32,000 nucleotides of DNA from Candidatus Odinarchaeota archaeon. Lineage in GTDB: Archaea > Asgardarchaeota > Odinarchaeia > Odinarchaeales > Odinarchaeaceae. Shown here piece after piece: positions 1 through 10,314 of this stretch (positions are counted from its first letter, which is position 1; each line of letters begins with the position of its first letter). The notes below the pieces were generated by a model. That model was not told the DNA's origin. It searched no databases and was given only the letters and a program-made list of their open reading frames with translations. The translations under genes and the position numbers were made by a program. The stretch lies in contig JAEOUO010000002.1 in NCBI GenBank assembly GCA_016839265.1, positions 90,001 through 122,000 of the forward strand, read 5' to 3'.

Positions 1-1161
1 TGTTTTAATGATAACTGCATATTTATTACGGACCGCGGAGACACTGAAATCCTTTTCAAAAATTTCTTGAAATCTTTTAACGCAGTTAACAGATATTTTC
101 TCTCTAAGATTTTCATTATCCAATAATTTTTTAATCAAATCTGCAAGTTTATGTGTCTCACCCGGATTGAAAAGAAATCCGTTATAGCCGTCGGTGATAA
201 GGTAGGGCACACCTCCAATTTTAGAGGCGATTACCGGAACCCCGCACGCCATCGCCTCCAAGATTATATTCGGCATTAACTCTAAATATGAGGTGTTAAC
301 TAAAACATATGTTTTTCTTAAAATTTTAATGAGTTCTCTATGAGGCACCGTCGGAATTATTTTAACAATTTCTTGAAGTTTATTTGCGTCTACAAATTTT
401 TTAATTACATTCTCTAAGCTACCGTTGCCTATAATTAAACTTTTAAAATCACTTCTAATTTTTGAAATATCTAGTATGGACTTCAAAAAACTTAACGGCC
501 CCTTCTCTAATTCCAATCTCCCAGCAAATAATATATTTTTTTCACCAAATTTTTCTCTAGCATCCCCAGGAATCTCATCTATAATATCGGGGATGAAAAC
601 TGTTTTATATTCAAATCCTTTAAGTTTTTGATAATATTTTGGCGGCGATACTGAAATAATTCTATTCGATAATTTGAACACTGCTTTCTCTAATATTGAG
701 CAAATTTCGTATACTACTCTGTTCAGTAATCTAGATATACAACCTTTATTTTTATATGAGAATAGAGCCACGTCTACACTCTCAGTGACTCTTAGAAAGT
801 TTTTTCTACCTGTTACTATAGCGGCTAATACATCTACTAATCCTAGGGTGAAGTGTCCTGAGACATTTGTAATGAAAAAAATTTGCGGGTTCTTCTTTAT
901 AACGTCAACTGTTTTTTTAAATAATCTGATTAGAAATATTAGATGATATAATAAACCAGTTGTATTCTTATAAATAATATTTTTAACAGGGTGTTTCACC
1001 GCTTCTTTTAAACTGGAGTTAACATAATAATTTTCATCGCATATTACATGAATGTTTTTAACTAAACCTTGAACTCCGTTGATTATTTTCTTTAGTTTAT
1101 TATCAGCTAATATTATAAAATGCCGGCTGGGTGTTTTCTCATTCACTATAATTAAATCCAT
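1..1161 (-). CDS. Glycosyltransferase family 4 (GT-B fold), 3' end truncated by the window edge
   Basis: Not in the ORF track. Manual translation from ATG at 1161 stays open to position 1 and contains ILFAGRLELEKG and ELMPNIILEAMACGVPVIASKIGG (GT4 E-x7-E motif). Confidence 0.92.
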   Translation of the reverse strand, partial: MDLIIVNEKTPSRHFIILADNKLKKIINGVQGLVKNIHVICDENYYVNSSLKEAVKHPVKNIIYKNTTGLLYHLIFLIRLFKKTVDVIKKNPQIFFITNVSGHFTLGLVDVLAAIVTGRKNFLRVTESVDVALFSYKNKGCISRLLNRVVYEICSILEKAVFKLSNRIISVSPPKYYQKLKGFEYKTVFIPDIIDEIPGDAREKFGEKNILFAGRLELEKGPLSFLKSILDISKIRSDFKSLIIGNGSLENVIKKFVDANKLQEIVKIIPTVPHRELIKILRKTYVLVNTSYLELMPNIILEAMACGVPVIASKIGGVPYLITDGYNGFLFNPGETHKLADLIKKLLDNENLREKISVNCVKRFQEIFEKDFSVSAVRNKYAVIIKT

Positions 1162-1304
1162 TAAAAAACCAACCTCTTACAATAATTGTTTCATGTTCTT
1201 CTCTTTCTAATACTATTTTATTAAATTGCTTAAAGAAATTGCTATAAATTAAATATATTTTTATATTAATACTTATTATAAATTTGTAAATTTAGGTGGT
1301 TGAC

Positions 1305-1634
1305 ATGGAAACAAAATTAAGTTTCACACATATTCCTGGAAGGAGAAATACTTGTAAAATAACTGTTTACGCGCTGTCTACTTGCGGGTTTTGTAGACGT
1401 GCTTTAAATTTTTTGAAGGAGAATGAAGTAGAATTCGAATATATATATGTGGATCAGCTTCCTTTAAATGTTCAAGAAGAGCTTGTAGCTAAACTAGAGA
1501 AGGAATTTAATAGACATGTCGCTTTCCCCTTTCTGGTTGTCGACGGGCGGGAGTGTTATGTGGGTTTTGATCTAGAAAAATATCAGCGGATTTTAGAGGA
1601 AATCGATCTTAAAGAGGCTTTTAAAAATGCCTGA
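1305..1634 (+). CDS. Glutaredoxin/NrdH-like redoxin
   Basis: CGFC CxxC motif after VYALST, plus AFPFLVVDG cis-Pro segment. SD-like AGGTGG at 1294-1299 favours ATG 1305 over GTG 1296. Confidence 0.88.
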   Translation: METKLSFTHIPGRRNTCKITVYALSTCGFCRRALNFLKENEVEFEYIYVDQLPLNVQEELVAKLEKEFNRHVAFPFLVVDGRECYVGFDLEKYQRILEEIDLKEAFKNA

Positions 1635-1965
1635 AATAAAATCTAATAAAACGACTGCGGATACTGAGAAATATGTTAAAATGGTAGCTTCCCATAGAGG
1701 TTGGGTGCTTAACTGGGATAATGAATTAATGAGCTTTCTTATAGAAGGGCTCACCGCTAATTGGAATAAATACGGCTACTATAACTGTCCTTGTAGGCTG
1801 TCTAAAGGGGATCGAAATAAGGATAGAGATATTATATGTCCTTGTGTATACGCGGAGGCGGATATTAAACAGTACGGTCACTGTTACTGTGGTTTATACT
1901 TGTCTAAAGAATTTTATGATTTGAAAAAACCTGTCTCCCCTATACCTGACAGACGCTACCTGTAA
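1627..1965 (+). CDS. Ferredoxin:thioredoxin(glutaredoxin) reductase catalytic beta subunit
   Basis: YGYYNCPCR, ICPCVY and GHCYCGLY are the CPC/CPC/CxC motifs of the FTR catalytic chain; overlaps the glutaredoxin stop by 8 nt. Confidence 0.93.
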   Translation: MPEIKSNKTTADTEKYVKMVASHRGWVLNWDNELMSFLIEGLTANWNKYGYYNCPCRLSKGDRNKDRDIICPCVYAEADIKQYGHCYCGLYLSKEFYDLKKPVSPIPDRRYL

Positions 1966-2019
1966 ATTTTATAATTACAGATGCTCGGTGTTCTAAAATG
2001 GCGTATTTTAATTTATTAA

Positions 2020-3378
2020 TTATTTTATTATTTTTAGAATTAAATCTGTTATTTTTCTAAAAATCAAATTAAATGTTTTACTTAATGAACCTTTTTTCAT
2101 TAATTTATGTTGAAGTAGCCCTTTATACATGGCTATTCGAAGTTTTAATTCTGTGAATCCGCTTTTATATAATAGATCGTGTCTAGTTGGGGATCCTCTT
2201 TTCTTACGCCATTCGCGCTTAGTTATTCTATCTTTAACTTTTTTATATAGTCCTGTTCCTGGTATTGGGTAAGGGAAACTATATGAAAGATAATCTAATG
2301 GGAGAGTTGATGAAAAATTAACGGTCTCTATTATAGTATTTTTCGTATCCCCTGGATAACCTAAGATAAAGAATCCCCCAGTTTCTATTCCAGCTTTATG
2401 AGCCGCATGCACAGCATGGGCAGCATTTTTCTTTGTTATTCTCTTACCTATTATTTTTAGAACTCTATCGCTGCCTGATTCTATACCGAAGAATATACGT
2501 TTGCAACCAGCTTTAGCCATTAAATCCGCTACTCTCTGAGTTAATTTATCAACTCTGCTTAGGCACTCCCATTCTAAATCAAGTTTTTCTCTAATAATTA
2601 TCTCACATATTTTTTCAATCCGTCTCAAGTTTTGGGTGAAACAATCATCTGTGAAAAAGATTCTTTCGTATCCTAATTCTTTTATTTTTATCATTTCGTG
2701 TATAACATTGCTCGGACTTCTCTCCCTGTAGCTTATTCCGAAAACAGGGTTACTGCAAAAATCACATGAATAAGGGCAGCCCCTTGTTGAAATAATACTT
2801 GTAGAAGTATAGCCGTGAAATTTTCGCCAATACCATTTATATTCTTTATTTGGGAATAACTCTCTGGCTGGGAAGGGGATGTTATCTAAATTTTTGATTA
2901 AATCTCTTTTACCTGTTATTATAATTTTATCGTCGTGTTTGTAAGCGATGCCTTTAATATTCTTCCAATTTTTCTTTGACTCATATTCATTTATTACATC
3001 GATTATAGTCTCCTCTCCCTCTCCTAGTATAACTATATCAAAGTTGTTTAAATAGTTCTCAGGTGTTAGAGTTGGGAGAGGTCCTCCTGCTATCATTAAA
3101 TCAACATTTTCACGTAAAGCTTCAGCTATTTTAATAGCATTATAATTTATGGTAACCATTGAGTATACTCCTAGTATTCTCGGATTCAACTTAGATATTT
3201 CTCTGATACTTTTTTCAAGTGTTTTAAAAGTGCAATCTACTATTTTGACATTTAGCTCACTTTTTTTATTCAATATGCTGGATGCTAGGTATCCTAAACC
3301 TAAAGGGGGGTATCTGAAAATAGATCTATCATATTCGACGTTTATATAGGGGTACACTAATACGATATCAGTTTTCAT
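2020..3378 (-). CDS. Cobalamin-binding radical SAM protein (class B methyltransferase-like)
   Basis: N-terminal B12-binding region (PPLGLGYLAS, AGGPLPT, GEGEET), then TRGCPYSCDFC (CxxxCxxC), GIESGS and FILGYPGDT. Confidence 0.9.
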   Translation of the reverse strand: MKTDIVLVYPYINVEYDRSIFRYPPLGLGYLASSILNKKSELNVKIVDCTFKTLEKSIREISKLNPRILGVYSMVTINYNAIKIAEALRENVDLMIAGGPLPTLTPENYLNNFDIVILGEGEETIIDVINEYESKKNWKNIKGIAYKHDDKIIITGKRDLIKNLDNIPFPARELFPNKEYKWYWRKFHGYTSTSIISTRGCPYSCDFCSNPVFGISYRERSPSNVIHEMIKIKELGYERIFFTDDCFTQNLRRIEKICEIIIREKLDLEWECLSRVDKLTQRVADLMAKAGCKRIFFGIESGSDRVLKIIGKRITKKNAAHAVHAAHKAGIETGGFFILGYPGDTKNTIIETVNFSSTLPLDYLSYSFPYPIPGTGLYKKVKDRITKREWRKKRGSPTRHDLLYKSGFTELKLRIAMYKGLLQHKLMKKGSLSKTFNLIFRKITDLILKIIK

Positions 3379-4199
3379 TAAACTCCGCTCATATTTTCAA
3401 TGTTGCCTATTTTTATCTGATAAGAAATTTTTTTAACAGGTGGAGATGATAGTATTATACCACTCCAACTATGTTTCGGGGAGAAAACCTCTCTACCCAT
3501 AAAACCTTTTAAACCGGTAGGTATAACTACTTTGAACCCTATTTTTATATTAGGAGAGTAGAATACTGCGTAATCTGAGTTAATAGTTTGCCAGCCTCTT
3601 ATTTGAGTGTCTCTAAGTTTAAGCCCGGACCCGTCGAAATAATGTGTGAAAAAATGACCTCCCAGCTCATTGCACATATATATTTTCTGGAGGCCCCTCA
3701 TGTAGACGTTTTCAAAGAGGGCCTCAATATTAATTCTATTATTTTTCTCTTCGTAATTAAATTTGACTTCTGCGAAACCTTTGCTTTTAACTTTAATAAA
3801 ACATGTTGAGGAAATTTTATCTTCGATTTGAATCCTTTTTCTTAACTTCTCCCACAGATAAAGATAGAAGTAACCTAAATCAGACTTATATGCACGGTTT
3901 ACTAATCGAGCTGGAACCCATGAGAAATACTTAATATTTTGAGTTTCTTTTTGATTTCTTTCGATTAAATTAAAATAGAATTTTTTACTAGTTAAATTCA
4001 AATTTTTTTCTAATAGTATTCTACTATCTCCAGGGAAATAAAAATCTCTCTTATATTGTAGAATTGGAACACCAAATCCTAGACCTTCCTCACATAAATC
4101 TGTTTTTAAACCGTTTAAAACAGGTATTAAACCCTTCTGAACATAAGCCGATTTACCTTTACAGGGGTAGGCGCTCTCATATAATTTAAAACTTATCAT
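3378..4199 (-). CDS. Hypothetical protein translationally coupled to the radical SAM gene
   Basis: 273-codon ORF; its TAA overlaps the radical SAM ATG (TAATG at 3376-3380). GGGGG SD-like run upstream of ATG 4199. No family recognised. Confidence 0.8.
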   Translation of the reverse strand: MISFKLYESAYPCKGKSAYVQKGLIPVLNGLKTDLCEEGLGFGVPILQYKRDFYFPGDSRILLEKNLNLTSKKFYFNLIERNQKETQNIKYFSWVPARLVNRAYKSDLGYFYLYLWEKLRKRIQIEDKISSTCFIKVKSKGFAEVKFNYEEKNNRINIEALFENVYMRGLQKIYMCNELGGHFFTHYFDGSGLKLRDTQIRGWQTINSDYAVFYSPNIKIGFKVVIPTGLKGFMGREVFSPKHSWSGIILSSPPVKKISYQIKIGNIENMSGV

Positions 4200-4328
4200 T
4201 AAACCCCCTTTCTTCAAGTTAAAATCTTTTTCAACGTTTTAAAATATTAGTTTCAGCCATCTCTCTATATACTTATTAATAAATTCCTTAATAATAAATA
4301 TTTAATAGTAATTTTTAAGGTGTATCCG

Positions 4329-5462
4329 GTGTTTGTTGAGGCTATAAGAAAACTTATTGAGAAGCTTAGCGAGCGAATGAGCTATGTTGAAGTGGGAAAG
4401 CCCTACTTCGCTCACCCCCCTTACAAAGTATATGAGATTAACCCGAGTTGTTTCAATCCTATAAAGAGGCTTGAAAGCGATCGGCGTATTTTCTTCGTAG
4501 ACGGGGGTAATAATTCTATTTTAGAAGGTGCTGGTGTTTCAATTCAATATAATCGTGTCTACTTTAATATTTTTAACGGTGGCTTAAGGGTTAACCCTGT
4601 TAGAATCCCTGAGGGAATTGACTTTCTATCCGCTTCTATTAACGTTTTAAGAGATGAACAGCCTTTCTTTGAAACTATTATCCTCCCATTAAACGAGAGT
4701 TTTAAAAATTATCTTCCAACTGAATCAGATCTCTTATTCTCCTTCAAAGATCGTAGTATAATAGTCGGCTCATCTGAAACAGAGGTTACTATAGACTTTA
4801 GTAGAGTATCTTCTATGGCTAGAAGATTCGCGGAGCTTCAACTAGCTTATCATCTAGTGAAGGAGGAGATGGCTGAGGGTGATATTCTTGTCCTCGACAG
4901 AACTTTGCAAACATCTTATACAAATGAATCTAAGTATTCTGATAAACTGTTTGAAGCTGCTAATAACAAGGGTGTTATTGTTTCAGGGCTGTCTAAAACC
5001 AACCGCGTGTTCACCACAACGGGTATGGCTTTACTAGAAGCGGTTCAACTCACAGCTAAAGAAGTTGAATATGATCGATGGTATATTCTTTTAGCTGAAT
5101 CCTCTACTAAAGATCATAATGCAGCTATATTCGCGGTTAAACTTAACCCTATAAGTGAATATGTTTTCAGATATGAAATCTTAGGAGAACAATACTCTAA
5201 GATGTCTGATAGAGATCTTGGAGAAGTTTTATGGAAGCTTTGTGAGAATTCATCTGATTTATGTTTTCCAGGTTACCCTTACGGACTTATATCCGTTGAT
5301 AGATTTGCTCGTGTTCGTTTTAATGAAATTGAAGCTTATAAAACGATTCTAATCTCGGAACTATCTAAAACAGATATATTTGAAAAAATTATAAGTAGAG
5401 TGAAATCAGCTAACGCTCACGAGGTGCTTGATAATCTCGCCTCTGAGTTTGGAGGTGTATGA
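4329..5462 (+). CDS. nurA: NurA 5'-3' nuclease
   Basis: FFVDGG first acidic motif, LVLDRTL second motif, GYPYGL and C-terminal AHE; directly upstream of herA/mre11/rad50. AGGTG at 4318-4322 favours GTG 4329 (track gives 4320). Confidence 0.88.
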   Translation: MFVEAIRKLIEKLSERMSYVEVGKPYFAHPPYKVYEINPSCFNPIKRLESDRRIFFVDGGNNSILEGAGVSIQYNRVYFNIFNGGLRVNPVRIPEGIDFLSASINVLRDEQPFFETIILPLNESFKNYLPTESDLLFSFKDRSIIVGSSETEVTIDFSRVSSMARRFAELQLAYHLVKEEMAEGDILVLDRTLQTSYTNESKYSDKLFEAANNKGVIVSGLSKTNRVFTTTGMALLEAVQLTAKEVEYDRWYILLAESSTKDHNAAIFAVKLNPISEYVFRYEILGEQYSKMSDRDLGEVLWKLCENSSDLCFPGYPYGLISVDRFARVRFNEIEAYKTILISELSKTDIFEKIISRVKSANAHEVLDNLASEFGGV

Positions 5463-5463
5463 C

Positions 5464-7008
5464 TTGGATGTTGTCGGTAGTGTGATAGGAGGTTCTATCG
5501 GTAAAATTATTTTAAGGCAGAAGTCTGGTGAACGAATAGAATTAGGTGATTTACTTGTAGCTGAGGAGGCTGGAGGATTAGTTATAATGCAAGTCTATGA
5601 CTTAGCTTACGGTAGTCAAATACCACTCACAAATATAGAGATGATCGCAGGTCTTCGACTTGAAGGCTACGGTGAAAGATCTGATTTAAACCTTATAGAC
5701 GCGGAGCTTAGACACTATGTTATAGCCTTTGTGAAAGCTGTTCTAAGAGTAGAGAACGGTGTTCCAAGGATACCTAAAAATCTGCCTAGTTTTCTTTCAT
5801 CTCTTAGAAGAATTAAACCTGAAGATCTCAGCTTTCTCACTAAGCCAGCTAAACCTATATACGTAGGTAATTTGAGAAGCGGCTCAAAGGTTTTAGGTCT
5901 CCCAATATATCTCGACGGCCCTGAAGTTTTAACCCATCATGTTATCATCCCAGCGACTACTGGGAGAGGTAAAAGTAATCTAGTGAAGGTTATGCTTTGG
6001 AGCTTAATGGATCAAGATAGTTTCGGCGTTCTCGTTTTAGACTCTCATGATGAATATTACGGCCGCCACGGGAGAGGATTGAAAGATCACCCTGACGCAG
6101 ACGACCGGTTAGTCTACTATACGTCAACTACACCTCCTTCCGGCGGGTTCAGCCTTATAATCGACTTAGAATCGATTAAACCCTTCCACTTTAACGGTAT
6201 AGCTGAGTTCTCAGACGCACAGTCAGATGCGATATACATGTATAACACTTCGTTCAAGGAGAAGTGGATTGAAAAAATTTTAAAAAATGAGCTGCCTGAA
6301 GGTGCTGAGAATAAGATTAAACCTGGAACACTCGCAGTCCTTCAACGAAGACTTGAACATTTCTTGGGAGTCAGATGCACTGAAGAAAATAAATTAGAAT
6401 TCTTTAATAGTGTTTTCAGCGATAATAAAGGTCAGTCTACGGTGAATGATATTGTAGATTCATTAGAAGAGGGTAAAATTGTCATAATAGACACTTCCCG
6501 TATATCCGATATCACCGAGCTTCTTATCGGCGTGATAATTGTAAGCGAGGTTTTCCAACGATACCAGAAATATAAATACACAGGTGAACTTGATAGTAAA
6601 CCTGTTATAAGCATTGTTATAGAGGAAGCTCCACGCGTTATAGGTGAAGATGTTTTAGATAGAGGGGATAATATTTACAGTACTGTAGCCAGAGAGGGGC
6701 GTAAATTCAAAGTTGGTTTGATGGCTATCACCCAGCTTACAAGTGTGATACCAGGCCCGATACTAGCTAATATGAACACTAAGATAATTCTCGGAAACGA
6801 GATGGCTGCTGAAAGGAATGCTATCATCGCTTTCGCACCGCAGGATCTCTCAGATGATTCTCAGACTATAGCCAGCTTGGATAAAGGAGAGGCTATTATC
6901 AGCAGTAACTTCACTAAATTCGCTATTCCTGTTAAAATACCATTATTCGAAGAATATATTAAAGATAAACTCGCTAAAACCTCTAGTAAAGATATCGCTT
7001 ATCTTTAA
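5464..7008 (+). CDS. herA: HerA helicase/translocase (FtsK-HerA ATPase)
   Basis: N-terminal HAS-barrel-like region, ATTGRGKS Walker A, LDSHDEY, IVIEEA Walker B, REGRKF and ITQ. GGAGGTG at 5451-5457 favours TTG 5464. Confidence 0.93.
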   Translation: MDVVGSVIGGSIGKIILRQKSGERIELGDLLVAEEAGGLVIMQVYDLAYGSQIPLTNIEMIAGLRLEGYGERSDLNLIDAELRHYVIAFVKAVLRVENGVPRIPKNLPSFLSSLRRIKPEDLSFLTKPAKPIYVGNLRSGSKVLGLPIYLDGPEVLTHHVIIPATTGRGKSNLVKVMLWSLMDQDSFGVLVLDSHDEYYGRHGRGLKDHPDADDRLVYYTSTTPPSGGFSLIIDLESIKPFHFNGIAEFSDAQSDAIYMYNTSFKEKWIEKILKNELPEGAENKIKPGTLAVLQRRLEHFLGVRCTEENKLEFFNSVFSDNKGQSTVNDIVDSLEEGKIVIIDTSRISDITELLIGVIIVSEVFQRYQKYKYTGELDSKPVISIVIEEAPRVIGEDVLDRGDNIYSTVAREGRKFKVGLMAITQLTSVIPGPILANMNTKIILGNEMAAERNAIIAFAPQDLSDDSQTIASLDKGEAIISSNFTKFAIPVKIPLFEEYIKDKLAKTSSKDIAYL

Positions 7009-7020
7009 AGGTGTAAAATC

Positions 7021-8271
7021 TTGTACAGGTTCGCTCATATAGCTGACTGCCATCTAGGCGCTAACAGGGAGCCTGAGCTTCGACAGCTTGAAGTTGAAGC
7101 GTTTAAAAAAAGTATAGACACGTGTATTAGTAGAGGAGTAGACTTCATTATTATAAGCGGAGATATCTTCCACTCTAATCTCCCGGATATGTGGGTTGTA
7201 AACGAAGCTGTGAGAAAGATGAGGGATGCTGTTGATAAAGGTATCCCGATATACGTGGTGTACGGTAGCCACGATTATAGTCCAACCGGCACCTCTATCA
7301 TTGATATTCTAGACAGCGCTGGCTTAGTTAAGCGAATCGGCGCCGGCGAAGTTAAAGACGGAAAGCTTTTTCTAAAATTCGTTGAAGACCCTAAGACTAA
7401 AGCTAAACTGACAGGTATATCTGCTAGAAAACTCGGTATTGAAAAAGAATATTATAAGATTTTAAACCGTGAGCTTCTTGAAGCTGAAACCGGGTTTAAA
7501 ATCTTCGTCTTCCACACCATGCTCTCAGAGCTGAAACCAGCTGACTTAGCTAAAACTGATTCAATACCTGTATCATATCTACCAGTAGGCTTCAACTATT
7601 ATGCCGGCGGGCATCCTCATAAAAATATAGTTGAAAACTTCAAAAACTACCCGTACATCGTATATCCAGGTCCATTATTCGCTAAGGATTCAAAAGATTT
7701 CGAGGAGGCTGCTAAAGATGTTAAAAGAGGCTTCTACATAGTTGATTTCGATTCACAGATTATAAATATAGAGTTTATAGAAGTGAAAGTATGCGACTAC
7801 TATTTCGAAGAATACGATGCAAGCGGTAAGAGCCCCGCTCAAATTATGAATGATTTAACCGAGCGTATGAAGAAAGCTGATTTAACCAATAAAATAGTAT
7901 TATTGAAATTAAGCGGAGAGCTAGCCTCAGGTAAAACATCAGATATAGATTTCACAACTATTCGACGGATAATCATGGATCAAGGTGCGCTACATGTTCG
8001 AATAAACCGGTATGCTTTAACCTCTAAAGAATACGCTTCGATTAGAGTTAAAGGCGGCGATGTGCATGAGATCGAAGAGAAAATATTCGAGGAGAATATT
8101 CGCAGTGTTAAAGTCTCCAACCCTAAGCTTACCTCACCTGAAGGCGTGAAGATGGCTGTGAATCTTTTAAAAGCTTTAAGAGATCCACCTAAAATAAACG
8201 AGTCTAAAGAAGACTATTTTAACAGGATTCGAAGCCAAGCTTTAAAAATTTTAGGGCTGCCGGAGGGATAA
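7021..8271 (+). CDS. mre11: Mre11 nuclease
   Basis: Phosphoesterase motifs ADCHLG, SGDIFH, GSHD, FHT and GGHPH; between herA and rad50; SD AGGTG at 7009-7013. Confidence 0.95.
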   Translation: MYRFAHIADCHLGANREPELRQLEVEAFKKSIDTCISRGVDFIIISGDIFHSNLPDMWVVNEAVRKMRDAVDKGIPIYVVYGSHDYSPTGTSIIDILDSAGLVKRIGAGEVKDGKLFLKFVEDPKTKAKLTGISARKLGIEKEYYKILNRELLEAETGFKIFVFHTMLSELKPADLAKTDSIPVSYLPVGFNYYAGGHPHKNIVENFKNYPYIVYPGPLFAKDSKDFEEAAKDVKRGFYIVDFDSQIINIEFIEVKVCDYYFEEYDASGKSPAQIMNDLTERMKKADLTNKIVLLKLSGELASGKTSDIDFTTIRRIIMDQGALHVRINRYALTSKEYASIRVKGGDVHEIEEKIFEENIRSVKVSNPKLTSPEGVKMAVNLLKALRDPPKINESKEDYFNRIRSQALKILGLPEG

Positions 8272-8274
8272 GCG

Positions 8275-10302
8275 ACGATTATTAAATCAATAGAGTTAAA
8301 GAATATTAGAAGCTACGCTGATGTGAAGATTACATTTCCCACCGGCGTAATCCTATTCGAAGGCGACATAGGATCCGGTAAATCCACTATTCTTTTAGCT
8401 ATAGAATTCGCTTTATTCGGGTTAGGTGATTTGAAGGGCAGTTATCTTCTAAGATTAGGTTGCACTAGCGGATATGTGAAGCTGTGTTTCGAGGTTGAGG
8501 GGAAAGAATATGAAGTTTATCGGCGACTTGTTAAGAAAGGTAACTCTGTAGTCCAGGAGGAAGGTTACATAGAATTTGAAGGTGTTAAAAAGATTCTATC
8601 CGCCTCCGAGTTGAAGCAGACTATTCTAGATATTTTAAAATTTAATGAGCCGCCTAACCCTAGAGCTCAAAGCATAATATACCGTTACGCTCTTTACACA
8701 CCTCAAGAACAGATGAAAGAGATATTATGGGCTAAACCTGATGAAAGACTTCAAACATTAAGAAAAGCATTCGGTATAGAAGACTATAAGATTGCTTTAG
8801 AGAATGTTCATAACTTAGTCGGAGCGTTGAAGGAGCGGGCTAGCATATTAAAAGATCGCATCAGAGATATAAGCGAAGTGTCAGGTAAACTTGAAAAATC
8901 TAGACTTCTTCTCCAAGACTATAAAGCAAAATTCACAGAAGTTAGCGGAAAATATAATGAATTAGAAAATGAGCTTAAAAGACTTCAATCAGAGTTAGAA
9001 TCACAAATGAATACTGAGAAAGAGATTGAAGCTTTAAAGCGTCAAATACCTCTTTTAAAAAGTGAATTACAGGAGAAGACTAACCGGATTATTAAACTAT
9101 CCGGTGAATCATACACGTTTTATAAGAAAATGTTAGAGGAAATGAATCGTGTAGAAACGCTTCCTAAAATAGATAAACCTACAGAGATGGGTGAAGCGGA
9201 GATTAAAACTAAACTTAAAGAACTAGATTTAAATATAAGCGAACTGCGTAGGAGAGAGGCTGCTATCGAATCTAAGATCAGCGACTACCGTCAGATACTC
9301 GATAGACGGATATGCCCTACTTGCGATCGCCCGACTGATCCGGCTGATATTCAAAGTAAAATAAACTCTAAACAGGTTGAAAAAGACGCGGTTTCCAATA
9401 ATATTAAGGAACTTGAAAACTCTAAGAATATCTTAGAAAACACCTTAGAAAAGCTGAGAGAATACAACCAGCTGCAGGCTGAATTAAAAAACCACTTGAA
9501 TAATTTAGAGCACTATAATAATATTGTTAATAAAAACTATGAGGAGATTACTAGCTTAGCTGACCGCCGTTTAAAAATAATGGTGGAAGTTTCGAAATTA
9601 GATGATAAAATTCGACTTCAAGAAGATTTAGCTGCTAAAATATCGGCTTTGAAAAAAACTGTTGCAGAGAAACAGGCAGAGTTAACAAGACTCTCTTCAG
9701 AGAGAGGCGGCTTAGAGAAAGCTATACTTAACTTAGAAGAGGAGATTCGAAACCTTGAAAAACAGTTAGCTGAGAAAGAGGAGTTTAAACGTTTACTAAG
9801 TGTTTTCGAAGAGTATCTTATCTGGCTTAAAGAATACTTTGAAAACAGTTTAGTCGATATAGAGAAACATGTGATGGTTTCCATCAACCAAGAGTTTAAT
9901 AATAGATTTCAACGCTGGTTTAGCATTCTTGTAGAAGATAACACGAAAGAGGCTCGCGTCGACGAGGATTTCAACCCAATTATAGAGCAGGAAGGATATG
10001 AGCCGCCTATTGAATCTTTAAGCGGCGGTGAGAAGACAAGTATAGCTTTAGCTTACCGGCTTACTTTAAACACGATTGTTCAACGCTTAGCTGTTGGATT
10101 AAAATCTAATCTTCTAATATTAGATGAACCTACAGACGGCTTCAGTAAAGAGCAATTATTCAAGATAAGAGATATTTTAGACGAGATTAAAGCACCTCAA
10201 GTTATAATCGTCTCTCATGAACGGGAGCTTGAAAGCTTCGCAAACCATGTTTTTAGAATCGAGAAAGTGAACGGTTTATCTAAAGTTATCTCCACTAGTT
10301 AA
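8275..10302 (+). CDS. rad50: Rad50 ABC ATPase with zinc hook; probable non-canonical ACG start at 8275
   Basis: Walker A GDIGSGKST, Q-loop YTPQ, CPTC hook near mid-protein, LSGGE signature, LLILDEPT Walker B, VSHE switch. The conserved N-terminal IIKSIELKNIRSY lies upstream of the track's GTG 8323. Confidence 0.95.
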   Translation, partial: TIIKSIELKNIRSYADVKITFPTGVILFEGDIGSGKSTILLAIEFALFGLGDLKGSYLLRLGCTSGYVKLCFEVEGKEYEVYRRLVKKGNSVVQEEGYIEFEGVKKILSASELKQTILDILKFNEPPNPRAQSIIYRYALYTPQEQMKEILWAKPDERLQTLRKAFGIEDYKIALENVHNLVGALKERASILKDRIRDISEVSGKLEKSRLLLQDYKAKFTEVSGKYNELENELKRLQSELESQMNTEKEIEALKRQIPLLKSELQEKTNRIIKLSGESYTFYKKMLEEMNRVETLPKIDKPTEMGEAEIKTKLKELDLNISELRRREAAIESKISDYRQILDRRICPTCDRPTDPADIQSKINSKQVEKDAVSNNIKELENSKNILENTLEKLREYNQLQAELKNHLNNLEHYNNIVNKNYEEITSLADRRLKIMVEVSKLDDKIRLQEDLAAKISALKKTVAEKQAELTRLSSERGGLEKAILNLEEEIRNLEKQLAEKEEFKRLLSVFEEYLIWLKEYFENSLVDIEKHVMVSINQEFNNRFQRWFSILVEDNTKEARVDEDFNPIIEQEGYEPPIESLSGGEKTSIALAYRLTLNTIVQRLAVGLKSNLLILDEPTDGFSKEQLFKIRDILDEIKAPQVIIVSHERELESFANHVFRIEKVNGLSKVISTS

Positions 10303-10314
10303 ACGTGGTTTTCT

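Noticed and set aside
425-946. Short + strand ORFs 425-631 and 674-946
   Set aside because: Antisense shadows of the GT4 gene, which is open on the minus strand from 1161 to the edge.
4329-7008. HerA plus nuclease as an anti-phage defence system
   Set aside because: The partner is NurA and the genes are flush with mre11/rad50, which is the canonical archaeal resection operon; no SIR2 or other defence effector is present.
7264-7275. Mre11 motif III GSHD instead of GNHD as an inactivating change
   Set aside because: All other metal ligands are intact and I recall GSHD in other archaeal Mre11 proteins; not evidence of inactivation.
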